A stretch of DNA of 59,724 nucleotides, filler included, from 4 parts of 4 records of this genome joined end to end with filler, not necessarily neighbours in it, one strand, 5' to 3'. Positions 30,332 through 40,167 are shown, numbered from the whole stretch's first letter. The notes: a model not told the origin generated them from the letters alone. Made by a program: numbers and translations.

Positions 30332-30456
30332 ATTTTATGTTGAGAATCAACAGAAGTCAATGTAAAAAATAAACAATTCGTTTATTTTTATATAAGTTGT
30401 TGTTTATATAAACAATGCTCAACATTGACCATGAAAAGGTTGGTGATATATGTTGA
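30332..30456. promoter_or_regulatory. Second divergent promoter/operator region
   Basis: Minus TTGACT(30360-30355)-17-TAAAAT(30337-30332); plus TTGACC(30425-30430)-18-TATGTT; palindromes TGTTGAGAATCAACA (30338-30352) and TTGTTTATATAAACAA (30400-30415). Confidence 0.7.
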
Positions 30457-30461
30457 ATATT

Positions 30462-30497
30462 ATGGAAATTGAAAATGAAATAGAATATTTCCGAGCC
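30462..30497 (+). CDS. N-terminus of a probable second CI-like repressor (cut by contig end)
   Basis: MEIENEIEYFRA resembles MKNTTEEYFYAA of repressor 1; divergent from Cro 2. Only 12 codons are visible. Confidence 0.5.
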
Positions 30498-30597
30498 NNN
30501 NNNNNNNNNNNNNNNNNNNNNNNNNNNNNNNNNNNNNNNNNTTAATTAATTAANNNNNNNNNNNNNNNNNNNNNNNNNNNNNNNNNNNNNNNNNNNN
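30498..30597. other. Artificial contig spacer
   Basis: N-run, TTAATTAATTAA, N-run. Confidence 0.98.
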
Positions 30598-31195
30598 CCA
30601 TTGGGCTCCCCGGACAATTGTCCTTGTAGTCGGGTGTACCGTCACCATCCGTATCCAGGGGGCAACCGAAGCGGTTCACCGGCACATCCAAAGGGGTTCC
30701 GGGGCACTGATCCAGAAAATCAGGTATGCCGTCGCGGTCCGTGTCCAGGGGGCAACCCGCCTTTTTTACATCCGTAAAGAGGTAGCCCTTTACGCCCTTT
30801 TCTCCATCTTTACAAAGGGTCAGTTCGAAGACGGTGGGCGCATTTACCGTTGTTACGATACCTCTTTTTTTCAGCTCTGTTTGCAACAGTTGTATGGCCG
30901 TATCCGTCCAATGGTTCAGGTTTGCCAGCCAGTCGTGGCTCTGTGCGCCGATTTGAATCCGGTTGTCGTCGGTCTGGGCATTTTCAATATGGACAAATCC
31001 CTCTACGTTGAAGGTTGGGTTCAAAACCGTCCCGGTGTGAATGGGAATCCCTTTTGGGATATAGAAACGATCCGGGGTCCCGGCGCAACCGGAATGGATG
31101 ACCATCGCCGCCAACAGAAAAACGGCGCTCAAGAGTCTGACGGGATTGCCTTTGGAATATTCTGGAAAAAATCCTTTTCGGCTTGGCAAAATCAT
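30598..31195 (-). CDS. Lipoprotein with thrombospondin type 3 repeats (3' truncated)
   Basis: Hydrophobic stretch plus SGC lipobox; GCPLDTDRDGIPDFLDQCPGTP and GCPLDTDGDGTPDYKDNCPG repeats. Confidence 0.75.
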
Positions 31196-31232
31196 GATAA
31201 AATACTCCGATTTATGCTGTATTGGACTATAA

Positions 31233-31829
31233 TTAGCCAGTGTGCCTGACCGGTTCTGATACCAGAAGCCAGAGGCCGCCTTCCTCAATAATGGTGCTTT
31301 TATTTTCAAGTCCGGCTTCCGAAACCATTTTTTCCAGATTGCCCCGGGAAAGCCTTGCTTTCCCCAAACGGTAGTTGAGGTCCCTGGATTCATCGGCAAT
31401 GGGTGAAATGATCTCATGGGGCGTATCCGGACCATATCCTCCGCCCAGAAGGGCATGCCCCCCCGGTTTCAGAATGCGGCTGCTCTCTCTGATAATCCCG
31501 GGGGTAAGGAAGAAAAAAGCCCCTCGGCAGATCACCAGGTCAAATGTCGGCAACAGGGGTAAATACGTGGGGGGTGAAAGCAGTATGGGGCAGGGAGGGC
31601 CGAATGATTTCCGGATCGTCTCGGCGGTATTTGTTTCGGCAAGGACGATCAACCCCTGCAGTGCGGGTTGACGTGCCAACAGTGATTTGATGATGCCCCC
31701 TGAAAAGGGACCGATCTCAAGTATATGACCGATACCTTGCGGTATCCATGCCTCAATCCATTGGGCCAGGTGTGGATAGATCGGTTCCCAGAGCGTGTTC
31801 AGGCGGATCAAAATTTCGGCATTCATCAT
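31233..31829 (-). CDS. Class I SAM-dependent methyltransferase
   Basis: ILEIGPFSGG, FDLVICRGAFFF, RILKPGG. Confidence 0.85.
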   Translation of the reverse strand: MMNAEILIRLNTLWEPIYPHLAQWIEAWIPQGIGHILEIGPFSGGIIKSLLARQPALQGLIVLAETNTAETIRKSFGPPCPILLSPPTYLPLLPTFDLVICRGAFFFLTPGIIRESSRILKPGGHALLGGGYGPDTPHEIISPIADESRDLNYRLGKARLSRGNLEKMVSEAGLENKSTIIEEGGLWLLVSEPVRHTG

Positions 31830-32028
31830 GGATAATGTTCTTGAAACAACCGATATTAACTTGCTTATTCAAGTCATAAAAGATATGTATTTTTTTGCTG
31901 AATTATACGGCTTTTGGTTTTGAAAGGCCAGAACTTGTTGAATGTTTTTTTTCAGTTTGCAAAAAAAACTTGGAATAACTGTTGAATTTTCAATCTTGGA
32001 ATGTAACGCCTGATTCTTTCAGGCCAAA

Positions 32029-33435
32029 ATGATAATGAAACGATTCATACACTTTATCCCGGCACTGCTTGTGATCATCATGCTGTCTGTGGCAATACCC
32101 GCCCTTTCCCATGCCGACGGAGACGAGATGGACCCCTATGCGGGTCCCAGCGGGTTGGTTGAGTATCTGTGGTGGAATATTGTGCCGTCCCACCGGAAAT
32201 TCCATAACGATCTCAGCCTGCCCCATGATGAGCAACATGTGACGGGTGATCCTGACCGATATCGCACCAAGCTTTCCAAGATGGGTATCACGCCAAGCGT
32301 TACCTATGTTACCGACACCGTGGGGAATCCCTTTGGCGGAATTCGACAAGGGGTTACCTATTGCGATAATATCGGTCTGAACATCGATTTTAACCTTCAA
32401 AAGCTTGCCGGCATCACCGGTGCCAGGATCAACATGTCCGGTTCCTGGCGAAACGGCACGAGCCTCTCCAACGATTATATCGGTAATGTTTTCAACGTGC
32501 AGCAGGTATTCGGCGGCCAGACCTACAAACTGGTTGATCTTTACTTTCAGCAGTCCCTCTGGGAAGATCGCTTCAATTACCGGTTGGGACGAATCGCCAT
32601 GGGCGATGAATTTCTGTCGTCCCCCCTTTACTGGAACTATGTGAACAACGGTTTCGACGGAAATCCGGTGGCCATCTTCAAGAACGTACCGGGCGTCACC
32701 GCTTACCCCAATGCCACCTGGGGTGCTCGGGTCAGGGTGCGGCCGGTGAAAGAAGCCTATGTGATGGCAGGGCTTTTCAACAATGATCCCGGGGTCTCCG
32801 AGCCCAAGAACCATGGGATTGATTTCAGTTTGAAGGGTCCCTGTTTCGTCATTGTGGAAACCGGCTATCTTCGAAACAGGGAAAAAGGTTCCGGCGGTCT
32901 GCCCGGGAACTACAAATTCGGTGCCTATTATCACGACGGCGATTATGACGATTTATACCGGGATAGTTCCGGGAATTCATATGCCTTGTCCGGCAATGCC
33001 CCACAAACCCACCACGGCAACTGGGGCTTCTACATTCTGCTGGACCAGATGATTTACCGCGAGGGAGGGGGCGACGGCAAGCAGGGGCTCACCCCATTTA
33101 TCTCACTCCTCTTTGCGCCGGATGAGGATATCAACCAGATGCCCTTTTTTATGAATGGAGGACTCGTATACCAGGGGTTGATTCCGGGACGGGATCGGGA
33201 TATCGCTGCCTTCGGCTTCATATACGGCGGTTTCAGCGACGATCTTGAACGATATCAGGAAGACGCGAAGGTGGGTGTTCAACGCTATGAACTGGTGTTG
33301 GAATTGAACTATAATATGGAGATTGCCAGGTGGCTTCACTTTATGCCGGACATCCAGTACGTTATTAACCCGGGAGGAACAGGGGATATTTCCGATGCGC
33401 TGGTGCTGGGCTTTCAATTGGCGCTTAATCTATAA
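32029..33435 (+). CDS. OprB family carbohydrate porin
   Basis: Signal peptide, GNPFGG, AYPNATWG, GLIPGRDRD, ELNY...PDIQYVINPGG...LVLG. Confidence 0.9.
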   Translation: MIMKRFIHFIPALLVIIMLSVAIPALSHADGDEMDPYAGPSGLVEYLWWNIVPSHRKFHNDLSLPHDEQHVTGDPDRYRTKLSKMGITPSVTYVTDTVGNPFGGIRQGVTYCDNIGLNIDFNLQKLAGITGARINMSGSWRNGTSLSNDYIGNVFNVQQVFGGQTYKLVDLYFQQSLWEDRFNYRLGRIAMGDEFLSSPLYWNYVNNGFDGNPVAIFKNVPGVTAYPNATWGARVRVRPVKEAYVMAGLFNNDPGVSEPKNHGIDFSLKGPCFVIVETGYLRNREKGSGGLPGNYKFGAYYHDGDYDDLYRDSSGNSYALSGNAPQTHHGNWGFYILLDQMIYREGGGDGKQGLTPFISLLFAPDEDINQMPFFMNGGLVYQGLIPGRDRDIAAFGFIYGGFSDDLERYQEDAKVGVQRYELVLELNYNMEIARWLHFMPDIQYVINPGGTGDISDALVLGFQLALNL

Positions 33436-33491
33436 TCCTTTACCATTCCACGTTTCCTCGATTCCTAAGATCCACAGATTGAATTTGAGAA

Positions 33492-34880
33492 ATGGAGTCA
33501 GCAATGATCAATGCCCCGCCTGTTACCGCGGAAGAATTTTTTTCATATTTGGAAAAAGAATTTTTTATTTCATTAAAAGACATCAAGGTGATGATTGAGG
33601 CCTTTCACTCTGAAATGCGCAGAGGCCTTGCGGGTCATGAAAGTTCCCTCAGGATGATCCCTTCATTCGTTGATAAGCCCAAGGGAAATGAAAAGGGAGA
33701 ATTTATGGCCCTTGATCTTGGCGGCACAAACTTCCGGGTGCTTGCCGTCAAACTTGACGGGAAGGGAAACGCCCGTGTTACGGCTGTCAATAAATTCCTT
33801 ATTCCCAAAAAAGTCATGGAGGGGACAGGGGTGCGGCTTTTTGATTTTATTGCCCGCTGTATCGATTCCTTCCTCACTGAAAATCATATTAACAGGGGAA
33901 GAACCTACGACCTCGCGTTTACATTTTCTTTTCCCGTGGAACAGACAAACATTGCTACCGGTAAGCTGATCGTCTGGACAAAAGGTTTCACGGCGAAAGG
34001 GGTGCGGGGCGAAGATGTCGTTGTACTCCTGAATGAAGCGTTACAAAGGAATCATATCCGTTGTATTAAAGTCACAGCCCTTGCAAATGACACGGTTGGC
34101 ACCCTGGTTGCCAGAAGCTATGCCGATCCCGCCTGCGATGTGGGTGTTATCATGGGTACCGGAACCAATGCCTGTTATCGGGAAAAGCTTTCCAATATTC
34201 TTAAATTAAGAGGGTTCAATTCCCATGGGTATATGATTGTCAATATGGAGTGGGGCAATTTTGATAAAGTGAGGCTCACACGTTACGACAGGCAGGTTGA
34301 TGAGGCATCGGTTAATCCGGGCGCCATGTATCTTGAAAAAATGGTATCCGGAATGTACCTGGGAGAAATCACCAGGTTTATTTTAATGGATGTGATGAAA
34401 AGGGGTCTCATCTTTATTGGTAATCCTGATGCCGCTGAGTCTTTTAAGAAAAAAGATTCGCTGAAAACAGGGGATATGTCCCTCATTGAAGGGGATGAAA
34501 CGGAAAAACTTCATGAAATAGGAACATTTTTTGGAAATAAGGGAATTCCAAATATTTCACTTCACGATAAAACAGTACTGAAGTCTCTTTGCGAAATGGT
34601 ATCAACCCGGGCGGCCGGGCTCGGGGCCGGGGCCATTTCAGCAGTTGTTTCGTGGATGGATCCGGAATTGAAGTATCGACACACGGTTGCCGTTGACGGT
34701 GCACTCTTTGAGAAATACCCCGGATTTGGACTTAAGATTGAAAATACTTTCAAAAAACTTTATGGGGAAAAGGCGGAAAATATAACACTGGTTCATTCCA
34801 AAGACGGCTCCGGAAAGGGCGCGGCCGTTATGGCTGCGGTTGCTGCGTCGGTTGCCGACATACAAAAGAACGGAAAATGA
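33492..34880 (+). CDS. Hexokinase (eukaryote-type Hexokinase_1/2 family)
   Basis: ALDLGGTNFRV, FTFSFP, WTKGF, NDTVGTL, GTGTNACY, NMEWGNF, EKMVSGMYLGEI, DGSGKGAA. Confidence 0.95.
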   Translation: MESAMINAPPVTAEEFFSYLEKEFFISLKDIKVMIEAFHSEMRRGLAGHESSLRMIPSFVDKPKGNEKGEFMALDLGGTNFRVLAVKLDGKGNARVTAVNKFLIPKKVMEGTGVRLFDFIARCIDSFLTENHINRGRTYDLAFTFSFPVEQTNIATGKLIVWTKGFTAKGVRGEDVVVLLNEALQRNHIRCIKVTALANDTVGTLVARSYADPACDVGVIMGTGTNACYREKLSNILKLRGFNSHGYMIVNMEWGNFDKVRLTRYDRQVDEASVNPGAMYLEKMVSGMYLGEITRFILMDVMKRGLIFIGNPDAAESFKKKDSLKTGDMSLIEGDETEKLHEIGTFFGNKGIPNISLHDKTVLKSLCEMVSTRAAGLGAGAISAVVSWMDPELKYRHTVAVDGALFEKYPGFGLKIENTFKKLYGEKAENITLVHSKDGSGKGAAVMAAVAASVADIQKNGK

Positions 34881-34892
34881 GGAGAAAGGCAA

Positions 34893-36311
34893 ATGGAAGC
34901 AAACACAAAGGCAAAATCAAAAGTTCTCTGGATTTGTGTGATCGCTTCCCTCGGGGGTCTGCTGTTTGGTCTGGACCAGGGGTTTATCAACGGTAGTTTA
35001 GGATTTATTCAGAAAACCTTCCACTGGACAACCGCAGAGGGTGAATCATTTGCCAGTATTATCCTCATAGGCGCCATCATCGGCGCTTTTTGCAGCGGCT
35101 TTATTTCCAAAGCCATTGGACGTAAAAACACGTTGCTTCTGGCGGCGCTCTTCTTTACCGTATTCACCCTCTGGGGGTCAACCACCCATTCATCGGCGGT
35201 TCTTCATTTTACCCGGGTGTGTCTGGGGCTCGCCGTGGGATGCGCTTCTTTTGTGGTGCCCCTTTACCTCTCCGAAATGGCGCCGGCCAAACAGAGGGGC
35301 GGTTTCATTTCCCTTTATCAATTTACCATTACCATCGGCATTTTTTCCATTTATGTGAGCAATACATTGATCAGCAGGGTCCAGACCGGCATTGATCCGT
35401 GGCGATTGATGCTGGGCGTCATCAGTATCCCGGCTGTGATCATGTTGATTTGCGTCCTGACGATTCCAAAAAGTCCACGATGGTTGATGCTGAAAGGGCG
35501 GGAAAAAGAAGCTGAATCGGTCCTTATTAAAACCAGGGAGACCGATGGGGAGGTTGGGAAGGAGTTGACGGAAATCAAGGAGAGCCTGAAACAGGAAAAA
35601 GGCGCGACCCAGACAGGCGTCATTGCCATGCTCGGCAAATCTTATTTTGCCAAAATCATTTTGCTCGGGATCCTTCTTCAGCTGTTGCAGCAATTGAGCG
35701 GTATCAACTGTGTCATTTATTATTCCTCAATCATTTTCCAAAAAGCAGGATTCAGTAACCCCGGTGTGGCCACGGTGGTCTGCGGGCTTGTCAATATGCT
35801 CACGACCCTCATCGCAATTTTCTTCTGCGATAAATGGGGCAGAAAACCGATAATTTATCTTGGACTGACCCTGATGTTTGTAACCCTGGTGCTGCTGGGG
35901 ACCGAGTTTATAAGGCTTGAAGGGGGAACACCCATACACAGCCTGGGGCAAACCGTTATCCTGGGGTCCTGTCTGGTTTACCTGTTGGCGTTCGGTTTTT
36001 CTTTAGGACCGTTGATCTGGGTGATCTGCGCGGAAATTTTTCCATTGGAAACCAGAGATTTTGGTGTTACGGTAACCACCATGGCCAATTGGATCGGCAA
36101 CTACTTTGTTGTCAGATTCTCCCTCAGCATTATGGAAAATTGGGGCGGTTCCACGCTGTTCTTTTTTTTCGCATTCTTCTGCCTTCTCGGTTTCGTGCTG
36201 GTCGGTCTGTACACCCCTGAAACCAAGGGCGTTTCACTGGAAGAGCTGGAGATCAATTTGAAGAAAGGGAAAAAGCTTAGAAACCTGGGGTTTATTAAGG
36301 CCGACGCGTAA
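34893..36311 (+). CDS. Sugar porter family MFS transporter (GalP-like)
   Basis: GGLLFGLDQG, PLYLSEMAP..RG, PKSPRWL, QQLSGIN..YY, PETKG. Confidence 0.95.
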   Translation: MEANTKAKSKVLWICVIASLGGLLFGLDQGFINGSLGFIQKTFHWTTAEGESFASIILIGAIIGAFCSGFISKAIGRKNTLLLAALFFTVFTLWGSTTHSSAVLHFTRVCLGLAVGCASFVVPLYLSEMAPAKQRGGFISLYQFTITIGIFSIYVSNTLISRVQTGIDPWRLMLGVISIPAVIMLICVLTIPKSPRWLMLKGREKEAESVLIKTRETDGEVGKELTEIKESLKQEKGATQTGVIAMLGKSYFAKIILLGILLQLLQQLSGINCVIYYSSIIFQKAGFSNPGVATVVCGLVNMLTTLIAIFFCDKWGRKPIIYLGLTLMFVTLVLLGTEFIRLEGGTPIHSLGQTVILGSCLVYLLAFGFSLGPLIWVICAEIFPLETRDFGVTVTTMANWIGNYFVVRFSLSIMENWGGSTLFFFFAFFCLLGFVLVGLYTPETKGVSLEELEINLKKGKKLRNLGFIKADA

Positions 36312-36363
36312 TCCGGAAAGATTTTTGGCCATGTCCCCCGTCCCTTCTTGAAAGGAGAAATCA

Positions 36364-37986
36364 GTGACTGTTCACTCATTGGCCGGCAAACCGGCACCGG
36401 AATCCATGTTGGAGAATATTCCTGAATTGGTATCCGCTTATTATACCTGTTCTGCAACGGGACCGGTTTCTTTCGGTACGTCGGGACACCGGGGATCGGC
36501 TTTGAAGGGAACCTTCAACGAAATGCATGTGGCCGCCATGTCCCAGGCCATCTGCGATTTTCGGTCGGAAAAGGGGCGTAAAGGCCCCCTGTTCATAGGA
36601 TTCGATACCCACGCCCTTTCCATACCCGCATTTCGGACCGCCCTGGAGGTGTTTGCCGCCAACGGGGTTGAAACCGTTATTCACGACAAAGACGAGTATA
36701 CGCCGACGCCGGTCATTTCTTTTCTGATCGTACAACATAACCGGGATACGGAAAAGCAACCGGCGGACGGCGTGGTCATCACCCCTTCCCATAATCCGCC
36801 CCGGGACGGGGGCTTTAAATACAATCCCCCCCATGGCGGGCCCGCGGATGTGGTTGAAACCCGGTGGATCCAGGATCGGGCCAACTTTCTTATGGGACCG
36901 GATCAGGCCCATATCAGGAGGATTCCCTACGAAAGGGCCTGCGCCGCCGCCAAAACCCACAAAACGGATTTCATCACGCCTTTTGTCAAAGCGCTGGACC
37001 GGGTGGTCGACATGAAAGCCATCAGGGAAGCGGGGATAAAAATGGGCGTGGATCCCATGGGGGGATCAGGGGTCCATTTCTGGCATGTGATCGCTGAGAC
37101 CTACCGGTTGAATATGGAAGTGGTAAACCCACGTGTGGATCCGGCTTTCGGGTTCATGACGCTGGACTGGGACGGGGAAATTCGTATGGACTGTTCGTCT
37201 CCCTACGCCATGGAAAACCTCATCTCCCTTGCGGATCGTTTTGATGTGGCCTGGGGGAACGACCCGGATTTCGACCGCCACGGCATTGTGTGCCCCACGG
37301 GGCTCATGAACCCCAATCATTACCTCTCCGTGGCCATATGGTATCTGCTGCGGCACCGACCATCATGGCGTTCCCATCTCAAAATCGGCAAGACCCTGGT
37401 AAGCAGCACCATGATCGATCGGGTGGTCGAGGACACGGGTCGAATGCTTTATGAAGTGCCGGTGGGGTTCAAGTGGTTTGTTGAGGGACTTTTGGGGGGC
37501 GAATTGGCTTTTGGAGGTGAAGAGAGCGCGGGAGCGTCTTTTTTGAGGATGGATGGCCTTTCGTGGTGTACGGACAAGGACGGTTTTACGGCGGGACTTT
37601 TATCTGCGGAAATTATCGCAAAAACGGGCAAAACACCGGCTGAGATCTATAATGATGTCCTGGTTCCGAAACATGGTGCCCCTTATTACAGAAGGTCCGA
37701 TGGCCCCATTTCCCAGGAACAACGGCGGATTTTAAAGAATCTTACCCCGGATGCCATCAGCGTTCCTTCCGTGGCCGGGTTGTCCATTGCTTCCGTCGCC
37801 ACCACCGCGGCTGGGAACGGCGCATCCATGGGCGGTGTTAAAGTGACACTGGAAGATGGATCATGGTTTGCGCTTCGGCCGTCCGGAACCGAGCCCAAAA
37901 TGAAGGTTTATGTGGAGAGCTTTGGTGGAGAAGGTCTCTGGCAGAAGATCTATGACGAGGTTCAGGGTTGTATTTTCTGCCGGTAG
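36364..37986 (+). CDS. pgm: Phosphoglucomutase (alpha-D-glucose phosphate-specific)
   Basis: FGTSGHRGS, TPSHNP, DPDFDRHG, GEESAG, RPSGTEP; GTG start after AGGAG. Confidence 0.96.
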   Translation: MTVHSLAGKPAPESMLENIPELVSAYYTCSATGPVSFGTSGHRGSALKGTFNEMHVAAMSQAICDFRSEKGRKGPLFIGFDTHALSIPAFRTALEVFAANGVETVIHDKDEYTPTPVISFLIVQHNRDTEKQPADGVVITPSHNPPRDGGFKYNPPHGGPADVVETRWIQDRANFLMGPDQAHIRRIPYERACAAAKTHKTDFITPFVKALDRVVDMKAIREAGIKMGVDPMGGSGVHFWHVIAETYRLNMEVVNPRVDPAFGFMTLDWDGEIRMDCSSPYAMENLISLADRFDVAWGNDPDFDRHGIVCPTGLMNPNHYLSVAIWYLLRHRPSWRSHLKIGKTLVSSTMIDRVVEDTGRMLYEVPVGFKWFVEGLLGGELAFGGEESAGASFLRMDGLSWCTDKDGFTAGLLSAEIIAKTGKTPAEIYNDVLVPKHGAPYYRRSDGPISQEQRRILKNLTPDAISVPSVAGLSIASVATTAAGNGASMGGVKVTLEDGSWFALRPSGTEPKMKVYVESFGGEGLWQKIYDEVQGCIFCR

Positions 37987-38101
37987 GTGGCATGATCCGG
38001 CCATAGCATTTGAAAAGCCCGAATACTGAAAAACAAAAAACAATGAGCCGGTTTCAAAATTGAACATTTTGAAACTGGCTCCAATGGAAACGTAACTTAA
38101 C

Positions 38102-38359
38102 TTGCCTTACATTACCTGTAGACAGAAAAAAACCAGACACAAGGTCCATGTATCCGTGTGTCAAAGCTGCAAGGGCATGATTTGCCCTGACTACTATAAT
38201 TATTTGCAGCTTTCCCTGTTCCCTTGCTCGATTCCGGATGAAAAGATCAGACGGAAATTTCAACCGGAACGGGGGTCGGGCGATTGTCGACCCGATTCAA
38301 AACCACCCGAACAGATGTCATGGCTGAAAAAACTCGATTATCCGGCCCTGCCGAAATGA
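38102..38359 (+). CDS. Small Cys-rich hypothetical protein
   Basis: YITC...VCQSC...CPDY; TTG start; fills an otherwise empty gap. Confidence 0.45.
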   Translation: MPYITCRQKKTRHKVHVSVCQSCKGMICPDYYNYLQLSLFPCSIPDEKIRRKFQPERGSGDCRPDSKPPEQMSWLKKLDYPALPK

Positions 38360-38712
38360 AAGCGTTTGGCTGAACGGGCCAGCCATATCCCCACCATCAC
38401 CCCCAGCGAGTTGGCCACCAGGTCCGCCACGGAAAAACATCTTCCCGGCACATAATGCTGGGCAAATTCCAAACCGGCGCCCAGGGGAACCATACACAAG
38501 GCGCCGGCAAGAGCGGTTTTCGGAACTTGAAAGGCAAAAAAGGGAAGGGCGGCAAGCCATAGATAGGCCAAAAGGTGAACTATTTTATCTGCATCTATGA
38601 AATCATAAGGGATTTCCAAGCCGGGGGAGAGCGACAGATAAATGACCATTGCCACGGATGCGATCCAGACCCACAGAATCGACCGGCGATGAGATGGTTT
38701 CGGAAGGTTCAT
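38338..38712 (-). CDS. VanZ family membrane protein
   Basis: DKIVHLLAY, EFAQHYVPGR, DLVAN. Confidence 0.9.
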   Translation of the reverse strand: MNLPKPSHRRSILWVWIASVAMVIYLSLSPGLEIPYDFIDADKIVHLLAYLWLAALPFFAFQVPKTALAGALCMVPLGAGLEFAQHYVPGRCFSVADLVANSLGVMVGIWLARSAKRFHFGRAG

Positions 38713-38731
38713 TCGGACTTTTTAAATTCCC

Positions 38732-39274
38732 TCAAGATGGCGGCTGCTTTAAGTAGAGGGGAAGTCCTGCCACGCTCAGGACCACTTTGTCGGCTGCTGC
38801 CGCCAGCTTCCGGTTCAGGGAACCTGCCATGTCCCGGTATAGCCTGCCCAGGGGGTGTTCCGGAACAATGCCGCTCCCCACTTCGTTGCTTACGATAATA
38901 ACCGATTGAGCGCTTCGGGCCAGGGCTTCAAGAAGTGCATTTTGGTATGACGGGACCCTCTCTTCTCCCTTTTGCAAAAGAACATTGCTCAGCCAAATGG
39001 TCATGCAGTCGATGAGGACGGCGTCTACTCCCCGGCAACCCGTTTTCAGCACATCCGCAATGGCCAGGGGTTCCTCCCGCAGTTTCCATCGGGGTCCCCG
39101 CTCCTCCTTGTGCAGCCGCACCCGGTCTGCCATTTCATCATCCATGACTTGGGCCGTTGCAAGAAACATATAGGAATCATAGTTGTTTTCAGTATATTTA
39201 AGAGCCCAGGAACTCTTTCCGCTCCGAGCGCCTCCCAGAACCAGTACGATCTCTTTTGTGTTTGATTGGGTCAT
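38732..39274 (-). CDS. cobU: Adenosylcobinamide kinase / cobinamide-phosphate guanylyltransferase
   Basis: GGARSGKS, LIDCMTIWLSN, VSNEVGSGIVP, VAGLP. Confidence 0.95.
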   Translation of the reverse strand: MTQSNTKEIVLVLGGARSGKSSWALKYTENNYDSYMFLATAQVMDDEMADRVRLHKEERGPRWKLREEPLAIADVLKTGCRGVDAVLIDCMTIWLSNVLLQKGEERVPSYQNALLEALARSAQSVIIVSNEVGSGIVPEHPLGRLYRDMAGSLNRKLAAAADKVVLSVAGLPLYLKQPPS

Positions 39275-39321
39275 CTGTACTCCACAAAATCGCTTACTCC
39301 CATAAAGAGCAGCAATGGTTT

Positions 39322-40167
39322 TTAAAGCATCAAGGTACTGCCTTCTTTCGCTGCTTCAACCATGATATCCGCCCCGTGTTTCCCGGCAAGGGCCCGGCAT
39401 TTTTTTTCGATCAGGGCTTCATCTTCGTCCGTTCTGGCAGGTTCGTGGTGAAACAGTATTAGATGTTTTACCCCGGCTTTCAGGGCCAGTTCCAAGGCAG
39501 TGCTGTAGTCCGAATGTCCCCAGCCCCGGTACAGTTCAATTTCTTCCGGTAGAAACTGAGCATCGTGGACGAGAATATCCGCGTTTCGGCAGAAAGGGAC
39601 AAAATCTTCAATGCGCTTTCCCCGCCAGATTTCCCGGGTCAGTTCATTGTCCGTGATAAACACGAAGGATTTGCCATCCTCCTCGAAACGGAATCCGAAC
39701 CCCCCCTGGGGATGGTGAAGGGGAACGGTGGTGATGGTCGTATTCTGAATTTTCAAAGGGCCGTAGCGCAGCTGGTCCAGGTAATGGATATCAGCCCTTA
39801 AATGCTCAAACTGAATAGGAAAAAACCCATCCCCGATTCCGGAGTCGAAAATGGCGCGCAACCCTTTGATGCATCTGGGTGCGCCGTCTACGGCGATTCG
39901 TGTGGTCGGTTTGAAAACCGGGTCAAAGAAAGGAAAGCCCTGCACGTGGTCCCAGTGCACGTGGGTTATCAACAGGTGAATATCCACTGTTTCCCGGGTG
40001 GCCATCAGGTGATCACCCAGAGGCCGAATGCCGGATCCCGCATCAATGACAACTGTTTCGCCGCAGTTCAGCAGAATTTCAACACAGCAGGTGTTTCCGC
40101 CATAAACAATGGTGTCTCTCCCCGGTGCTGCGATGGAACCTCTTGTTCCCCAGAATTTCACCTTCAT
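39322..40167 (-). CDS. MBL-fold metallo-hydrolase
   Basis: FWGTRGSI, YGGNT, THVHWDHVQG, WGHS, LFHHEP. Confidence 0.92.
   Translation of the reverse strand: MKVKFWGTRGSIAAPGRDTIVYGGNTCCVEILLNCGETVVIDAGSGIRPLGDHLMATRETVDIHLLITHVHWDHVQGFPFFDPVFKPTTRIAVDGAPRCIKGLRAIFDSGIGDGFFPIQFEHLRADIHYLDQLRYGPLKIQNTTITTVPLHHPQGGFGFRFEEDGKSFVFITDNELTREIWRGKRIEDFVPFCRNADILVHDAQFLPEEIELYRGWGHSDYSTALELALKAGVKHLILFHHEPARTDEDEALIEKKCRALAGKHGADIMVEAAKEGSTLML

Larger units (their letters stand above)
18697..30497. mobile_element. Temperate phage/prophage early region (immunity, recombination, replication)
   Basis: Tightly packed co-oriented genes in lambdoid order: cro, cII-like, recombination, initiator, RusA-like. 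No structural genes or att site on this contig. Confidence 0.9.

Noticed and set aside
31990-32934. 314-aa minus-strand ORF and similar long antisense ORFs in the GC-rich contigs
   Set aside because: Shadows of well-supported genes (here the OprB porin).
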